From an uncultured Bacteroidales bacterium (GTDB taxonomy: Bacteria; Bacteroidota; Bacteroidia; Bacteroidales; FEN-979), in the NCBI GenBank assembly GCA_903916595.1, contig CAIWXI010000010.1, forward strand, positions 25,311 to 89,310: a stretch of DNA of 64,000 nt, written 5' to 3'. Of this stretch, positions 20,377-30,714 are shown piece by piece. Numbering within the stretch: the stretch's first letter is position 1; every line of letters starts with the position of its first letter. The notes under the pieces were generated by a model. That model made no database searches, had not been told where the DNA came from, and saw nothing but the letters and a program-made list of their open reading frames with translations. Both the position numbers and the translations under genes were made by a program.

Positions 20377-21843
20377 ATGATCACAGATTCAAATAAATTC
20401 CTTGGAGAAGGGTTAACCTACGATGATGTGCTCCTGATTCCTGCCTATTCAGAGGTTCTTCCGAGGGATGTGGATATCTCTACTCTGCTATCCAGGAACA
20501 TCCCTATGAACATCCCTATTCTGTCTGCTGCTATGGATACCGTTACTGAGTCGCATATGGCTATTGCCATGGCTCAGGAGGGAGGCATCGGGGTTCTTCA
20601 CAAAAACATGTCGATAGAAAACCAGGCGCTGCAGGTCAGGAAGGTGAAAAGAGCCGAGAACGGGATGATACTCGATCCGGTAACTTTACACGTATCGGCT
20701 TTGGTCGGCGATGCACTGGCCATGATGAAAGAACATTCCATCGGAGGAATCCCTGTTGTGAATGAACGCGAAGAACTGGTAGGTATAGTCACCAACCGTG
20801 ACCTGCGTTTCGAAAGGGATATGTCGCGCCCGGTGGCAGAGGTAATGACTCATAAGGTGATTACCATATCTGAGTTCATGAATTTTGAGAAAGCGGAGCA
20901 GATACTTCAGGAATATAAAATTGAGAAACTTCCGGTTATCGATAAAAACAACAGGCTTGTCGGCCTTATCACGTATAAAGATATCATCAAGATTAAAGCC
21001 AGGCCGAATGCCTGCAAGGACAGCCTCGGACGGCTGCGCGTGGCTGCTGCGATAGGCATTACTGCCGACACCCTGGAGCGTGCTGCCGCCCTCGTCAGAG
21101 AAGGTGTCGACGCTATCGTGATCGACACGGCCCATGGCCATACCAGAAACGTATTAGAAATTGCAAAGAAATTCAAAGCGGCCTATCCTAACATCGATAT
21201 GGTGGTAGGGAACATAGGTACCGCCGATGCTGCCAGAGACCTGGCTAAGGCTGGAGCCGATGCAGTAAAGGTGGGCATCGGGCCTGGATCTATCTGCACT
21301 ACAAGAATCATCGCGGGGATAGGCATTCCGCAGCTTTCAGCCGTATACGAGGTTGCAAAAGCCCTTAAAGGGACCGGAGTTCCGGTAATCGCCGACGGTG
21401 GGATCCGCTATACCGGCGATATTGTGAAAGCCCTTGCAGCAGGCGCCCACTCTATCATGGCGGGCTCCCTCTTCGCGGGCGTGGATGAATCGCCCGGCGA
21501 GACTATCATCTTTGAAGGCCGCAAATTCAAAACCTATAGAGGAATGGGTTCAATCGAAGCCATGCAGCATGGCTCCAGGGACCGCTATTTCCAGGATATG
21601 GAAGACGATATTAAAAAGTTGGTCCCCGAAGGTATCGTTGGCCGCGTGCCCTATAAAGGCTCCCTCTCTGAAGTGATCTACCAGATGGTTGGCGGACTGC
21701 GTTCAGGTATGGGATACACCGGCTCGGCCAACATGGAAGCTCTTCAGAAATCAAGGTTCATCAAAATCACATCGGCCGGTGTCACCGAAAGCCACCCCCA
21801 CGATGTCACTATCATCAGCGAAGCGCCAAATTACAGCCGTTAA
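20377..21843 (+). CDS. guaB: IMP dehydrogenase
   Basis: '[14 protein letters not shown]', a CBS pair and the catalytic loop '[11 protein letters not shown]'. Start moved from 20047 to ATG 20377 ([12 protein letters not shown]...). Confidence 0.95.
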   Translation: MITDSNKFLGEGLTYDDVLLIPAYSEVLPRDVDISTLLSRNIPMNIPILSAAMDTVTESHMAIAMAQEGGIGVLHKNMSIENQALQVRKVKRAENGMILDPVTLHVSALVGDALAMMKEHSIGGIPVVNEREELVGIVTNRDLRFERDMSRPVAEVMTHKVITISEFMNFEKAEQILQEYKIEKLPVIDKNNRLVGLITYKDIIKIKARPNACKDSLGRLRVAAAIGITADTLERAAALVREGVDAIVIDTAHGHTRNVLEIAKKFKAAYPNIDMVVGNIGTADAARDLAKAGADAVKVGIGPGSICTTRIIAGIGIPQLSAVYEVAKALKGTGVPVIADGGIRYTGDIVKALAAGAHSIMAGSLFAGVDESPGETIIFEGRKFKTYRGMGSIEAMQHGSRDRYFQDMEDDIKKLVPEGIVGRVPYKGSLSEVIYQMVGGLRSGMGYTGSANMEALQKSRFIKITSAGVTESHPHDVTIISEAPNYSR

Positions 21844-21898
21844 TACTGTTTTTCTATTTTTTACGTTATTATTTAAGAACAAATTAAATATTAATAAT

Positions 21899-23884
21899 AT
21901 GAGCTTGAAATTATCCGCGTTACTACTATTTCTTGTTTTGGTTTTTGATGCGTACTCCCAGGTTGATAATAGCGCCACTCTTATGTCGATCGCCGGAAAA
22001 CCGGTCACCGTGGGCGAATTCATGTCGATTTACCAGAAAAATAATGTCAGAGGTGAAGCGATCGATAAAAAGTCGATGGACGATTACCTTGATCTATTCA
22101 TTAATTTCAAACTTAAAGTTCTTCAGGCGGAACAGCTTGGGCTTGATACCGTGTCATCGTTCATCAAGGAACTCGATGGCTACCGTGACCAGCTTGCCAA
22201 GCCATTTTTTACTGATGAAGCAACATTAAATAGTCTCATTCAGGAGGCCTATGAACGTAAAAAACTGGATCTCAGGGCAAGCCATATCTATTTCAGGGTA
22301 AAACCAGATGCCACGGCCCAGGATACCCTCAACTCGTTCAACAAGGCAATGGAAGCCCGGGAAAAGATCCTAAAAGGCGAACGCTTCGACAAGGTTGTGA
22401 TGGAATATTCAGAAGATCCTTCAGCCAAGGACCGTGAAGCTACAGCACAGCATCCTTTTATGAAAGGGAACAAGGGTGACCTGGGTTATTTTACCGTGTT
22501 CGACATGGTTTATCCGTTCGAGACTGCTGCATACAACACACAGGTCGGCCAGGTTTCGAAACCTATCAGGACCGATTATGGGTTCCATGTAATCAACGTT
22601 ACCGACAGGATCCCGGCATTGGGTGACTTCGTGGTCGCTCATCTCTTCCTTGGCATTCCCAAAGGGGCTAACGCTGCCGACTCGGCAAAAGTAAAATCAA
22701 AGATCGACTCTTTGTACACTCAGCTAAAAGCCGGCGCGAAATTTGAAGACCTGGTGAAAATATATTCCGAAGATAAAGGTTCCTCATCGAAAGGCGGGGT
22801 TCTCCCAAAACGTGGTGTTAACCGGCTGATGCCGGAATTCATTGCGGCCATAGCAAACATTCCAAACGTGGGCGATTTTTCAGTACCTGTGCTAACCCCG
22901 GGCTACGGTTGGCATATCGTTAAACTGGTTGAACGTAAACCTATCGGCACTTTCGATGAAGAAAAAGTTGACCTGAAACAACGGGTTATGAAGGATAGCC
23001 GCGCTCAACAGATTACCGATGCAGTACTTGCCCGCCTTAAAAATGAATACAACTTCTCTGAAAATCTGAAAGCCAGGGATGATTTTTATACTCTGGTAAC
23101 CGATAGTATCTTTTTCGGCAAATGGGATCCTTCCAAAGCGTTGGAGAAAAACCAGTTAATGTTTAAAATCGGGACTTCGACTTCTACCCAGAGAGAATTT
23201 GCGCGATATCTTGCTTCGAAACAGAAAAAGGGAGATAAGAAAGATATCCAACTGTATGTTAACGTGATGTATGAGGATTTTGTAAATGAAACGGTCCTGA
23301 ACTACGAAAACGGATTTCTGGAAACGAAATACCCCGACTTCAGAGCTCTGATGAAAGAATACCGCGATGGAATACTGCTGTTTGACCTCACCGATCAGAA
23401 AGTCTGGGCTAAGGCAATAAAAGATACAAGCGGACTTCAGGAGTTTTATCAGAAGAGCAAAAAAAATTATATGTGGGGACCAAGAGCTGAAGCCAGCATT
23501 TACACCTTAAAAAATCCCGCCCTGTCGCAGAAAGTCAGAAACTTTATTAAAAGCGGACTTAAGGATGATGATATTCTGAAGGAAGTGAATTCCGATTCAG
23601 CTAAAGTACTTACTATTGAATCGGGTAAATATTCCAGAAAAGATAATTCATTAATCGATACCGTTGCTTTTGCTACAGGGATATCAAAGGATATTGCAGT
23701 GAAGGGAGGGATCGTAATTGTGAACATCAGACGTATTCTTTCACCTGAGCCCAAATCCCTGAATGAAGCTCGCGGGCTCATCACTGCCGATTACCAGAAT
23801 TTCCTTGAAAAGGAATGGATCGGCTCACTCAAGGCAAAGTATACTGTTGTGGTAAACCGTGAAGTCCTTGCAAAAATTAAATAA
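21899..23884 (+). CDS. peptidylprolyl isomerase (parvulin/PpiC-type, SurA/PpiD-like periplasmic chaperone)
   Basis: Start moved to ATG 21899 (signal peptide MSLKLSALLLFLVLVFDAYSQ). Parvulin segments 'ASHIYFRV...GDLGYFTVFDMVYPFE...GFHVINV' and 'GWHIVKL'. Confidence 0.8.
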   Translation: MSLKLSALLLFLVLVFDAYSQVDNSATLMSIAGKPVTVGEFMSIYQKNNVRGEAIDKKSMDDYLDLFINFKLKVLQAEQLGLDTVSSFIKELDGYRDQLAKPFFTDEATLNSLIQEAYERKKLDLRASHIYFRVKPDATAQDTLNSFNKAMEAREKILKGERFDKVVMEYSEDPSAKDREATAQHPFMKGNKGDLGYFTVFDMVYPFETAAYNTQVGQVSKPIRTDYGFHVINVTDRIPALGDFVVAHLFLGIPKGANAADSAKVKSKIDSLYTQLKAGAKFEDLVKIYSEDKGSSSKGGVLPKRGVNRLMPEFIAAIANIPNVGDFSVPVLTPGYGWHIVKLVERKPIGTFDEEKVDLKQRVMKDSRAQQITDAVLARLKNEYNFSENLKARDDFYTLVTDSIFFGKWDPSKALEKNQLMFKIGTSTSTQREFARYLASKQKKGDKKDIQLYVNVMYEDFVNETVLNYENGFLETKYPDFRALMKEYRDGILLFDLTDQKVWAKAIKDTSGLQEFYQKSKKNYMWGPRAEASIYTLKNPALSQKVRNFIKSGLKDDDILKEVNSDSAKVLTIESGKYSRKDNSLIDTVAFATGISKDIAVKGGIVIVNIRRILSPEPKSLNEARGLITADYQNFLEKEWIGSLKAKYTVVVNREVLAKIK

Positions 23885-23898
23885 TCCAAGTCCGGACC

Positions 23899-24741
23899 AT
23901 GTATTGGCGCTCTTTGCTGTTTTGCCTGATTTTTCTCACTTCCTGTTCTGGTTTCCTGAAAAAGAAAACTGAAAGGTCACTTGCTCGTGTTTTTGATGAT
24001 TACCTTTTTGAGTCGGACATGAAAGGAGTGGTACCTCCGGGAATCTCTGCCAAAGACAGCCTGATGATCGTTAAATCGTACGTGGAGAACTGGGTACGGC
24101 AACGTCTGATCCTTCACCAGGCCGAAAAAAACCTCCCGGGTTCACAGCTGGATTTCTCAAAGCAGCTTGAAAATTACAAGAACTCACTGATCATTTTTGA
24201 ATACGAAAACCAGCTAATACAACAGAAACTTGATACCGTAGTCACCGGGGAGGAGATCAGGAATTATTATAAAACAAATCAGAATACTTTCCTTGTCAGA
24301 GATAATATCGTGAGAGTCTTGTATGCAAAACTTCCGCTGAAATCGAAATTCATTCCCCAGGCCCGGATGTTGCTGCTGTCAGATAAAACAGATAACAGAA
24401 ATAAACTTGCTGATCTTTGTGAAAAACAATCCTTCGGATATTTCATTGACGATGAGAAATGGATCTTTTTTACAGATCTGATCAACGATGTCCCGTTAAG
24501 ACCTGCCGACCAGGATGATTTTCTGAAGAAGAACCAGCTGGTAGAAGTCAGCGACAATACCTTTACTTACCTTATCCGGTTCAAGGACTACAAGCTCAGA
24601 GACAGCAACTCGCCTATGGAGATGGAAACACAAAAAATCCATAACATAATCCTGAACAAAAGGAAAATGGAACTCCTGGGAAAGATGCACGATTATATTT
24701 TTCAGAATGCACAGAAACAAAACGATTTCGACATATTTTAA
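23899..24741 (+). CDS. hypothetical lipoprotein (SurA-N-like chaperone domain suspected)
   Basis: Lipobox 'FLTSC'. Sits between two PPIase genes. Confidence 0.55.
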   Translation: MYWRSLLFCLIFLTSCSGFLKKKTERSLARVFDDYLFESDMKGVVPPGISAKDSLMIVKSYVENWVRQRLILHQAEKNLPGSQLDFSKQLENYKNSLIIFEYENQLIQQKLDTVVTGEEIRNYYKTNQNTFLVRDNIVRVLYAKLPLKSKFIPQARMLLLSDKTDNRNKLADLCEKQSFGYFIDDEKWIFFTDLINDVPLRPADQDDFLKKNQLVEVSDNTFTYLIRFKDYKLRDSNSPMEMETQKIHNIILNKRKMELLGKMHDYIFQNAQKQNDFDIF

Positions 24742-24762
24742 ACCCACAAAGGAATAATCCCC

Positions 24763-26133
24763 ATGCAGTTAATCCGAAGTTTCCTCCTGATTATGGTAAT
24801 CAGCCTTTCACCCTTGCTAAAAGGATATTCCCAGCAGTCACAGGACACAATTATCGACGGGGTTGTTGCCGTGGTGGGCGGGAATATCGTGCTCAGATCA
24901 GATATTGAAGGTCAGTACCTTCAGCTACGAGCCCAGGGTATTATCAAAGGCAGTCCGGCCAAGGTGAAGTGCCAGATCCTCGACAAACTGCTGTATATGA
25001 AATTGTTGCTTCACCAGGCTCAGGTCGACAGTATTAAGGTGACTGATTCACAGGTGGAAGCTGAGATGGACCGAAGGATGAGGTACTTTATTTCTCAGGC
25101 AGGATCTCCTGAGAAGCTGGAAGAGTATTATCAGAAATCTCTTCTGGAGATCAAAAATGAGTTGAAAGATATTATACGGGAACAGATGCTAACCGAGCAG
25201 GAAGAGGCAAAAATATCAAAAGATCTTACCATCACCCCATCCGAAGTTAAAAGTTTTTACCGGAAGATTGATAAAGACAGTATTCCTCTGATCAATGCTG
25301 AATTTGAGATCGGACTGATTTTGAGGCAACCGGTGATTGGTCAGGAAGAAAAGCTGATCGTTATCAATAAAATGAAGGGGTTTAAAGACAGAATTGCCAA
25401 AGGTGATGAGTTTGCAACTCTGGCCGTGCTCTATTCCGAAGACCCGGGTTCGGCAAAACAGGGAGGCGAACTTGGCATGTTCAAGAGGGGGGAAATGAGG
25501 CCGGAGTTTGAGGCCGCTTCATTTAAACTAAAGACGACTGGCGAAGTCTCAGACATCGTGGAGACAGATGACGGATTCCATCTTATTCAGCTCATCGAGC
25601 GTAGAGGGGAATATATCAACGTGCGTCATATTCTTTTACAACCCCAGGTTTCCATGGCTAACCTGAATAAGGCGAAGGTCTCACTCGACAGCGTGGTGCT
25701 TCTGATCAGTACAAAAAAAATGAAATTCGATGAGGCTGTCGTCAGGTTCTCCGACGATCCTTCAAAAAATAACGGAGGATTACTGGTGAATAATGCGAAC
25801 GGGACTACCCGCTTCGAAGCCAGTCAGCTTTCACAGCTTGACCCTAAAGTGTTTTTTATAGTCGATAAACTAAAAGTTGGCGATATCAGCGCTCCTGTGC
25901 TGATGAAGACCGACCGTGGCAAACAGGAGTACAGGATTTATTATTTGAAAGACAGGACAAATCCGCACCGTGCGAACATTGAAAGTGATTATTCCCGGAT
26001 TCAGCTGATGGCGCTGAGTCAGAAAAAAGAAAAGGTGATCAACGAATGGGTGAACCTGAAAATGATAGGAAGTTATATCAGGATCTCCGAGCAGTACAAA
26101 AATTGCGAATTTACTAGAAAATGGATACATTAA
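24763..26133 (+). CDS. SurA-like peptidylprolyl isomerase (two parvulin domains)
   Basis: Signal peptide. 'GGELGMFKRGEMRPEFE...DGFHLIQL' and 'RHILLQP'. Confidence 0.8.
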   Translation: MQLIRSFLLIMVISLSPLLKGYSQQSQDTIIDGVVAVVGGNIVLRSDIEGQYLQLRAQGIIKGSPAKVKCQILDKLLYMKLLLHQAQVDSIKVTDSQVEAEMDRRMRYFISQAGSPEKLEEYYQKSLLEIKNELKDIIREQMLTEQEEAKISKDLTITPSEVKSFYRKIDKDSIPLINAEFEIGLILRQPVIGQEEKLIVINKMKGFKDRIAKGDEFATLAVLYSEDPGSAKQGGELGMFKRGEMRPEFEAASFKLKTTGEVSDIVETDDGFHLIQLIERRGEYINVRHILLQPQVSMANLNKAKVSLDSVVLLISTKKMKFDEAVVRFSDDPSKNNGGLLVNNANGTTRFEASQLSQLDPKVFFIVDKLKVGDISAPVLMKTDRGKQEYRIYYLKDRTNPHRANIESDYSRIQLMALSQKKEKVINEWVNLKMIGSYIRISEQYKNCEFTRKWIH

Positions 26134-27107
26134 ATAATTCTGCCGTTTATTATAAATCTGACGTTGAAGCTGTTGATGCTCTCGTGGAAAAATATTCCCG
26201 GCTGAAACAGGAAATCTCAAAAGTGATTGAAGGTCAGAAAGAAGTGATCGACGGCCTTCTGATTTCTGTATTCAGCAGAGGGCATTGCCTTCTTGTTGGT
26301 GTGCCAGGGTTGGCTAAAACACTCATGGTACATACGATCTCAAACGTCCTTGGACTGAGCTTTAACCGTATACAGTTCACCCCCGACCTGATGCCTTCCG
26401 ATATCATAGGTACTGAGATACTTGATGAATCAAGGCATTTCAGATTTATCAAAGGGCCTGTTTTTGCCAATATCATTCTGGCTGATGAAATCAACCGCAC
26501 CCCACCCAAAACGCAGAGCGCCCTCCTTGAAGCAATGCAGGAAAAGGCTGTCACCGTGGCAGGGCAAACATATCACCTGGATGAACCTTTTTTTGTGCTT
26601 GCAACACAGAATCCCATTGAACAGGAGGGTACTTATCCATTGCCTGAGGCCCAGCTCGACCGGTTCATGTTTAATTTATGGCTCAACTACCCCTCGCTTG
26701 AGGAGGAGATCAGGATCATGAAAATGACCACTTCCGACCAGATCCAAAAACCTGAGGTTGTTCTTTCTGCTGCCGAAATTCTCTTTTTTCAGAATCTGAT
26801 CAGAAAGATTCCGGTTCCTGAAAATGTATATCATTATGCTGTCGGACTCGCATCAAAAACCAGGCCCGGGACCCCGTTGGCACACCCCTGGGCAAAGGAA
26901 TACCTGACCTGGGGCGCTGGTCCCAGGGCTTCGCAGAACCTGATTATCGGGGCAAAATGCCATGCTGTAATAAGGGGCAAATATTCTCCCGATATTGAAG
27001 ACGTAAAAGCGATGGCTATCCCGGTTCTGAGGCACAGGATTGTCAGAAATTTTAAAGCCGAAGCTGAAGGAATCCGGGAGGAAGCAATAATTAATCATCT
27101 ATTATAG
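26121..27107 (+). CDS. MoxR-family AAA+ ATPase
   Basis: Walker A 'LLVGVPGLAKT', 'ILADEINRTPPKTQSALLEAMQE' and 'ATQNPIEQEGTYPLPEAQLDRF'. Confidence 0.9.
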   Translation: MDTLNNSAVYYKSDVEAVDALVEKYSRLKQEISKVIEGQKEVIDGLLISVFSRGHCLLVGVPGLAKTLMVHTISNVLGLSFNRIQFTPDLMPSDIIGTEILDESRHFRFIKGPVFANIILADEINRTPPKTQSALLEAMQEKAVTVAGQTYHLDEPFFVLATQNPIEQEGTYPLPEAQLDRFMFNLWLNYPSLEEEIRIMKMTTSDQIQKPEVVLSAAEILFFQNLIRKIPVPENVYHYAVGLASKTRPGTPLAHPWAKEYLTWGAGPRASQNLIIGAKCHAVIRGKYSPDIEDVKAMAIPVLRHRIVRNFKAEAEGIREEAIINHLL

Positions 27108-27112
27108 GGCAT

Positions 27113-28093
27113 ATGAAAGCAAACCCCGGGGGTAATGTCTTCTTAGCTATTTTTCTGTCAATATTATCTATATCCATCACATCCTGCAATTCTGGTGACG
27201 GATCTGCTTCTTCTGCCGATAAGCTGAAAGGGAAAATTACTATCTCGGGAGCCTTTGCTCTTTACCCCCTTACCGTCAAATGGGCAGAGGAGTTCCATAA
27301 GCTTCATCCGAGGGTGACTGTAAATATTTCTGCAGGTGGTGCGGGTAAAGGGATGGCCGATGCTCTCTCAAAAATGGTGGAGCTCGGAATGTATTCAAAG
27401 GAAATCAGTCCTGAAGAGAAAGCCAAAGGCGCATGGTGGATCGCTACAGCAAAAGACGCGGTGCTTCCGGTTATGAATTCCAACTGCCCTTTTGCTGCCA
27501 GCCTTACTGCAACAGGTGTAACAAAGCAGAAACTTTATAATGTTTTCATCACCGAAAATATAAAAACCTGGGGACAACTACTGGGAACCGGATCGAATGA
27601 AGAACTACAGGTGTTTACCCGTTCCGATGCCTGCGGCGCTGCCGACATGTGGGCGAAATTCCTGAATAACAAAAAACAGGAAGACCTTGCCGGGGTTGGT
27701 GTGAACGGTGACCCTGGCGTTGCAGATGCTGTAAGAAGAAATATATATGGTATAGGATATAACAACCTGAATTTTGTTTTTGATATGCAAACCCGAAAGC
27801 CTTATCTGGGACTCTCGGTAATACCCATAGATCTGAACGGGAACGGAAAAATTGATAAAGAAGAAGCTTTTTATAATAGTCTGGATGGGGTTATGAATGC
27901 TATCAACACAGGAATGTATCCTTCCCCTCCGGCCCGGAAGTTATACTTTGTCTCTGCAGGTAAACCGGTCAGCAAGCTCGTGATCACCTTCCTGCAGTGG
28001 ATACTTACCGATGGACAAAAATATGTTGGTGAAGCCGGATATGTAGCTCTGAAACCAGAAGACATCAGCAAAGAACTTACGAAGCTGCAGTAA
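27113..28093 (+). CDS. pstS: phosphate ABC transporter substrate-binding lipoprotein (PstS family)
   Basis: Lipobox 'SITSC'. 'ISGAFALYPLTVKWAEEF...NISAGGAGKG'. Followed by pstCAB. Confidence 0.8.
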   Translation: MKANPGGNVFLAIFLSILSISITSCNSGDGSASSADKLKGKITISGAFALYPLTVKWAEEFHKLHPRVTVNISAGGAGKGMADALSKMVELGMYSKEISPEEKAKGAWWIATAKDAVLPVMNSNCPFAASLTATGVTKQKLYNVFITENIKTWGQLLGTGSNEELQVFTRSDACGAADMWAKFLNNKKQEDLAGVGVNGDPGVADAVRRNIYGIGYNNLNFVFDMQTRKPYLGLSVIPIDLNGNGKIDKEEAFYNSLDGVMNAINTGMYPSPPARKLYFVSAGKPVSKLVITFLQWILTDGQKYVGEAGYVALKPEDISKELTKLQ

Positions 28094-28094
28094 G

Positions 28095-28985
28095 ATGTAT
28101 ATACTCAACCGCCAACAAAGACATGTTGTAAACTACAGCTGGATGCTGATTAGTCTCTCGCTGGTTGCTTTTCTTCCCTTTCTTCTTTTCAGCGTATTAT
28201 ACTTCAAATCATTTCTTTTACTCAGAGATTTCGGTCTGGGCCAGCTGATCTTCTCCCACTCCTGGCATCCTTCAAGGGGCGAGTTTGGTTTTTACCCATT
28301 TATAATAGGATCTATCTGGGTCACTCTGCTGGCTATTCTCATTTCCACGCCCATATGCCTTCTTACAGCTATTAACGTTACTCAATATGCCAGGAAACGT
28401 TTTCTCAGGATAATGCACCCAGTTATTGATATTCTTGCCGGGATACCGAGCGTGGTTTACGGGGTCTGGGGTATCCTTGTTATCGTGCCGTTCATCTCCC
28501 GGTACCTGGGTCCCTGGCTTGGAATAAAAACCATGGGTTACAGTATACTTGCCGCTGCATTTGTATTAAGTATCATGATCATCCCCTTTATCCTGAACAT
28601 CATGATAGAGATCTTTAAAACCATCCCCATGGAGCTCAAAGAAGCTGCCCTCTCTCTCGGGTCCACTAAATGGCAGATGGTGAAGCATGTGCTTTTGCGA
28701 AAAGCCCTCCCTGGTATTATTGCCGCCGTGGGCTTCGGACTGGCAAGGGCATTTGGTGAAACCATGGCCGTTTTAATGGTTGTAGGGAATGTTGTGAAAG
28801 TCCCAACCAGCGTATTTGACCCAGGCTATACCCTGCCTGCACTTATTGCAAACAATTACGGCGAGGTTCTTTCCATCCCGCAGTATGATTCAGCGCTGAT
28901 GTTCGCGGCACTCCTGCTACTGGTGGTTTCACTGTTTTTCAACCTTCTGATGCATTTTTTCATTTCGAGATATAACAAGTATTAG
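28095..28985 (+). CDS. pstC: phosphate ABC transporter permease PstC
   Basis: Multi-TM protein with the permease EAA-type segment 'ELKEAALSLGSTKWQMV'. Operon position supports the call. Confidence 0.85.
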   Translation: MYILNRQQRHVVNYSWMLISLSLVAFLPFLLFSVLYFKSFLLLRDFGLGQLIFSHSWHPSRGEFGFYPFIIGSIWVTLLAILISTPICLLTAINVTQYARKRFLRIMHPVIDILAGIPSVVYGVWGILVIVPFISRYLGPWLGIKTMGYSILAAAFVLSIMIIPFILNIMIEIFKTIPMELKEAALSLGSTKWQMVKHVLLRKALPGIIAAVGFGLARAFGETMAVLMVVGNVVKVPTSVFDPGYTLPALIANNYGEVLSIPQYDSALMFAALLLLVVSLFFNLLMHFFISRYNKY

Positions 28986-28986
28986 G

Positions 28987-29844
28987 ATGAAGAGGAGACT
29001 GAAAGTTGAAGAAGCATTCTTCCGTGTGATGATGAACTTGTCAACGGCCTTTATCCTGCTCATTTTGGGTGTGATCATCTACAGTGTGTTTGAAAAAGGG
29101 ATGAAAGCAATTTCCTGGGAAATGCTCACAAGTATTCCTTCGGGCGGATATTATTACGGGAAAGGAGGGGGTATACTTAATGCCATCGTGGGCTCCATGA
29201 CACTAGCATTCGGGGCCACTATCCTGGCATTTCTTATCGGTCTCCCCGTTGCTCTTTATATTAATGTATTCCTTCATGGTAAAAAGAAACTCGTAAACCT
29301 GATTCGGTTTATCCTTGACCTGATATGGGGCATTCCTTCCATCGTTTATGGAGCTTTTGGTTTTACACTCATGGTTCTGGTCGGATTGCAGACGTCTCTT
29401 CTGGCCGGGATTATTACAGTAACCCTGTTTATCCTTCCGATTATGATACGATCGATGGATGAGATACTGCGCACTGTTCCTGACGGGCTTATGGAGGCTA
29501 CTTACTCTCTCGGCAGCAATAAATCGGAACTGGCTTTCAAAATATTTACCCGGCAATCTGTGTCGGGAATTATCACGGCTGTGCTTCTTTCATTCGGCCG
29601 TGCAATAGGCGATGCGGCATCCGTGCTTTTCACCGCCGGGTATACCGATAACCTTCCGAACTCGCTGATGGAACCGGTTGCGACCCTGCCCCTGTCAATA
29701 TTCTTCCAGCTTTCATCTCCTGTCCCTGAAGTCCAGGAGCGAGCCTATGCATCGGCCCTGGTCCTTACAGTCATAATACTGATCGTAAGCCTGTTTTCTA
29801 GAGGTCTTGGAAAAAGATATCATAAAACAAAAATAAATTTCTGA
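28987..29844 (+). CDS. pstA: phosphate ABC transporter permease PstA
   Basis: Multi-TM protein with 'GLMEATYSLGSNKSELAFKI'. Operon position supports the call. Confidence 0.85.
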   Translation: MKRRLKVEEAFFRVMMNLSTAFILLILGVIIYSVFEKGMKAISWEMLTSIPSGGYYYGKGGGILNAIVGSMTLAFGATILAFLIGLPVALYINVFLHGKKKLVNLIRFILDLIWGIPSIVYGAFGFTLMVLVGLQTSLLAGIITVTLFILPIMIRSMDEILRTVPDGLMEATYSLGSNKSELAFKIFTRQSVSGIITAVLLSFGRAIGDAASVLFTAGYTDNLPNSLMEPVATLPLSIFFQLSSPVPEVQERAYASALVLTVIILIVSLFSRGLGKRYHKTKINF

Positions 29845-29851
29845 TCTTCGC

Positions 29852-30610
29852 ATGATGGAGACCGCCATTAAAATAAATAATCTGAATGTATTTGCAGAAA
29901 AATCGCAGATTCTGAAAAATATCAATTGCGAGATCCCCAAAAACAAAATAACTGTTATCCTGGGGCCTTCAGGCTGTGGTAAAACCACGCTTCTTAAATG
30001 TATGAACCGGCTCACCGACCTTTATCCCGAACTTAAGGTAAGCGGTGAGATACTCATAAACGATAAGAATGTCCTTGATCCCGACGCCGATATTTATAAA
30101 CTCAGACAATCCATGGGGCTGCTTTCACAAAGGCCATATCCCCTGCCAATGACAATCTACAACAATATTGCATATGCCCTTAAATTGAGGGGAGTAAAGG
30201 GAAACCGGAAAATCTCACTTCTGGTTATGGATTACCTTCGGCAGGCTAACCTTTATGAGGAAGTCAGAAAAAGACTCAAGGAGCCTGCTTCCAAGCTTTC
30301 TATTGGCCAGCAACAGAGACTCTGCCTTGCACGCGGTCTGGCAGTCAATCCCGAGATTATCCTTGCTGATGAACCCACATCTGCCCTTGATCCCATATCG
30401 AGCCGTTTTATTGATGAGAAGTTTCAGGAAATCAAGACAAATTACACTATCGTCGTTGTTACTCATATCCTCCGGCAGGCCAGGCGAATAGCAGACCATG
30501 TAATATTTATGTACCTTGGAGAAGTGATTGAACAGGGACCTGCCGCACAATTCTTTGAGAATCCCAGGGAGGAACAGACGAGGTTATATCTGGATGGGAT
30601 GTTTAATTAA
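29852..30610 (+). CDS. pstB: phosphate ABC transporter ATP-binding protein PstB
   Basis: Walker A 'GPSGCGKTT', signature 'LSIGQQQRL' and Walker B 'ILADEPTSALD'. Confidence 0.9.
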   Translation: MMETAIKINNLNVFAEKSQILKNINCEIPKNKITVILGPSGCGKTTLLKCMNRLTDLYPELKVSGEILINDKNVLDPDADIYKLRQSMGLLSQRPYPLPMTIYNNIAYALKLRGVKGNRKISLLVMDYLRQANLYEEVRKRLKEPASKLSIGQQQRLCLARGLAVNPEIILADEPTSALDPISSRFIDEKFQEIKTNYTIVVVTHILRQARRIADHVIFMYLGEVIEQGPAAQFFENPREEQTRLYLDGMFN

Positions 30611-30714
30611 ATGGTGAAATGGTGAAATCGCTCGCAGCTTCACACCGCCGCTACGGTGTTCCACCTGATGCGGCTTATGTGAACTGCTTCGCTCATTATA
30701 ATTTCACCATTTCC
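30609..30714. repeat. palindromic intergenic element whose arms are AATGGTGA/ATTTCACC octamer units (probable bidirectional terminator)
   Basis: Left arm aaATGGTGAAATGGTGAAATcgctcgcagcttcaca (from 30609). Right arm tgtgaactgcttcgctcattataATTTCACCATTTC (to 30714). An inner CACCG...CGGTG hairpin is present. The element lies between convergent pstB and the radical SAM gene. Confidence 0.8.

Noticed and set aside
26121-27107. MoxR ATPase as a marker of a Bat/aerotolerance-type or other novel multi-gene system.
   Set aside because: It is followed directly by pstSCAB. No DUF58, VWA or BatA-D partners are in the window, so there is nothing to build a system from.
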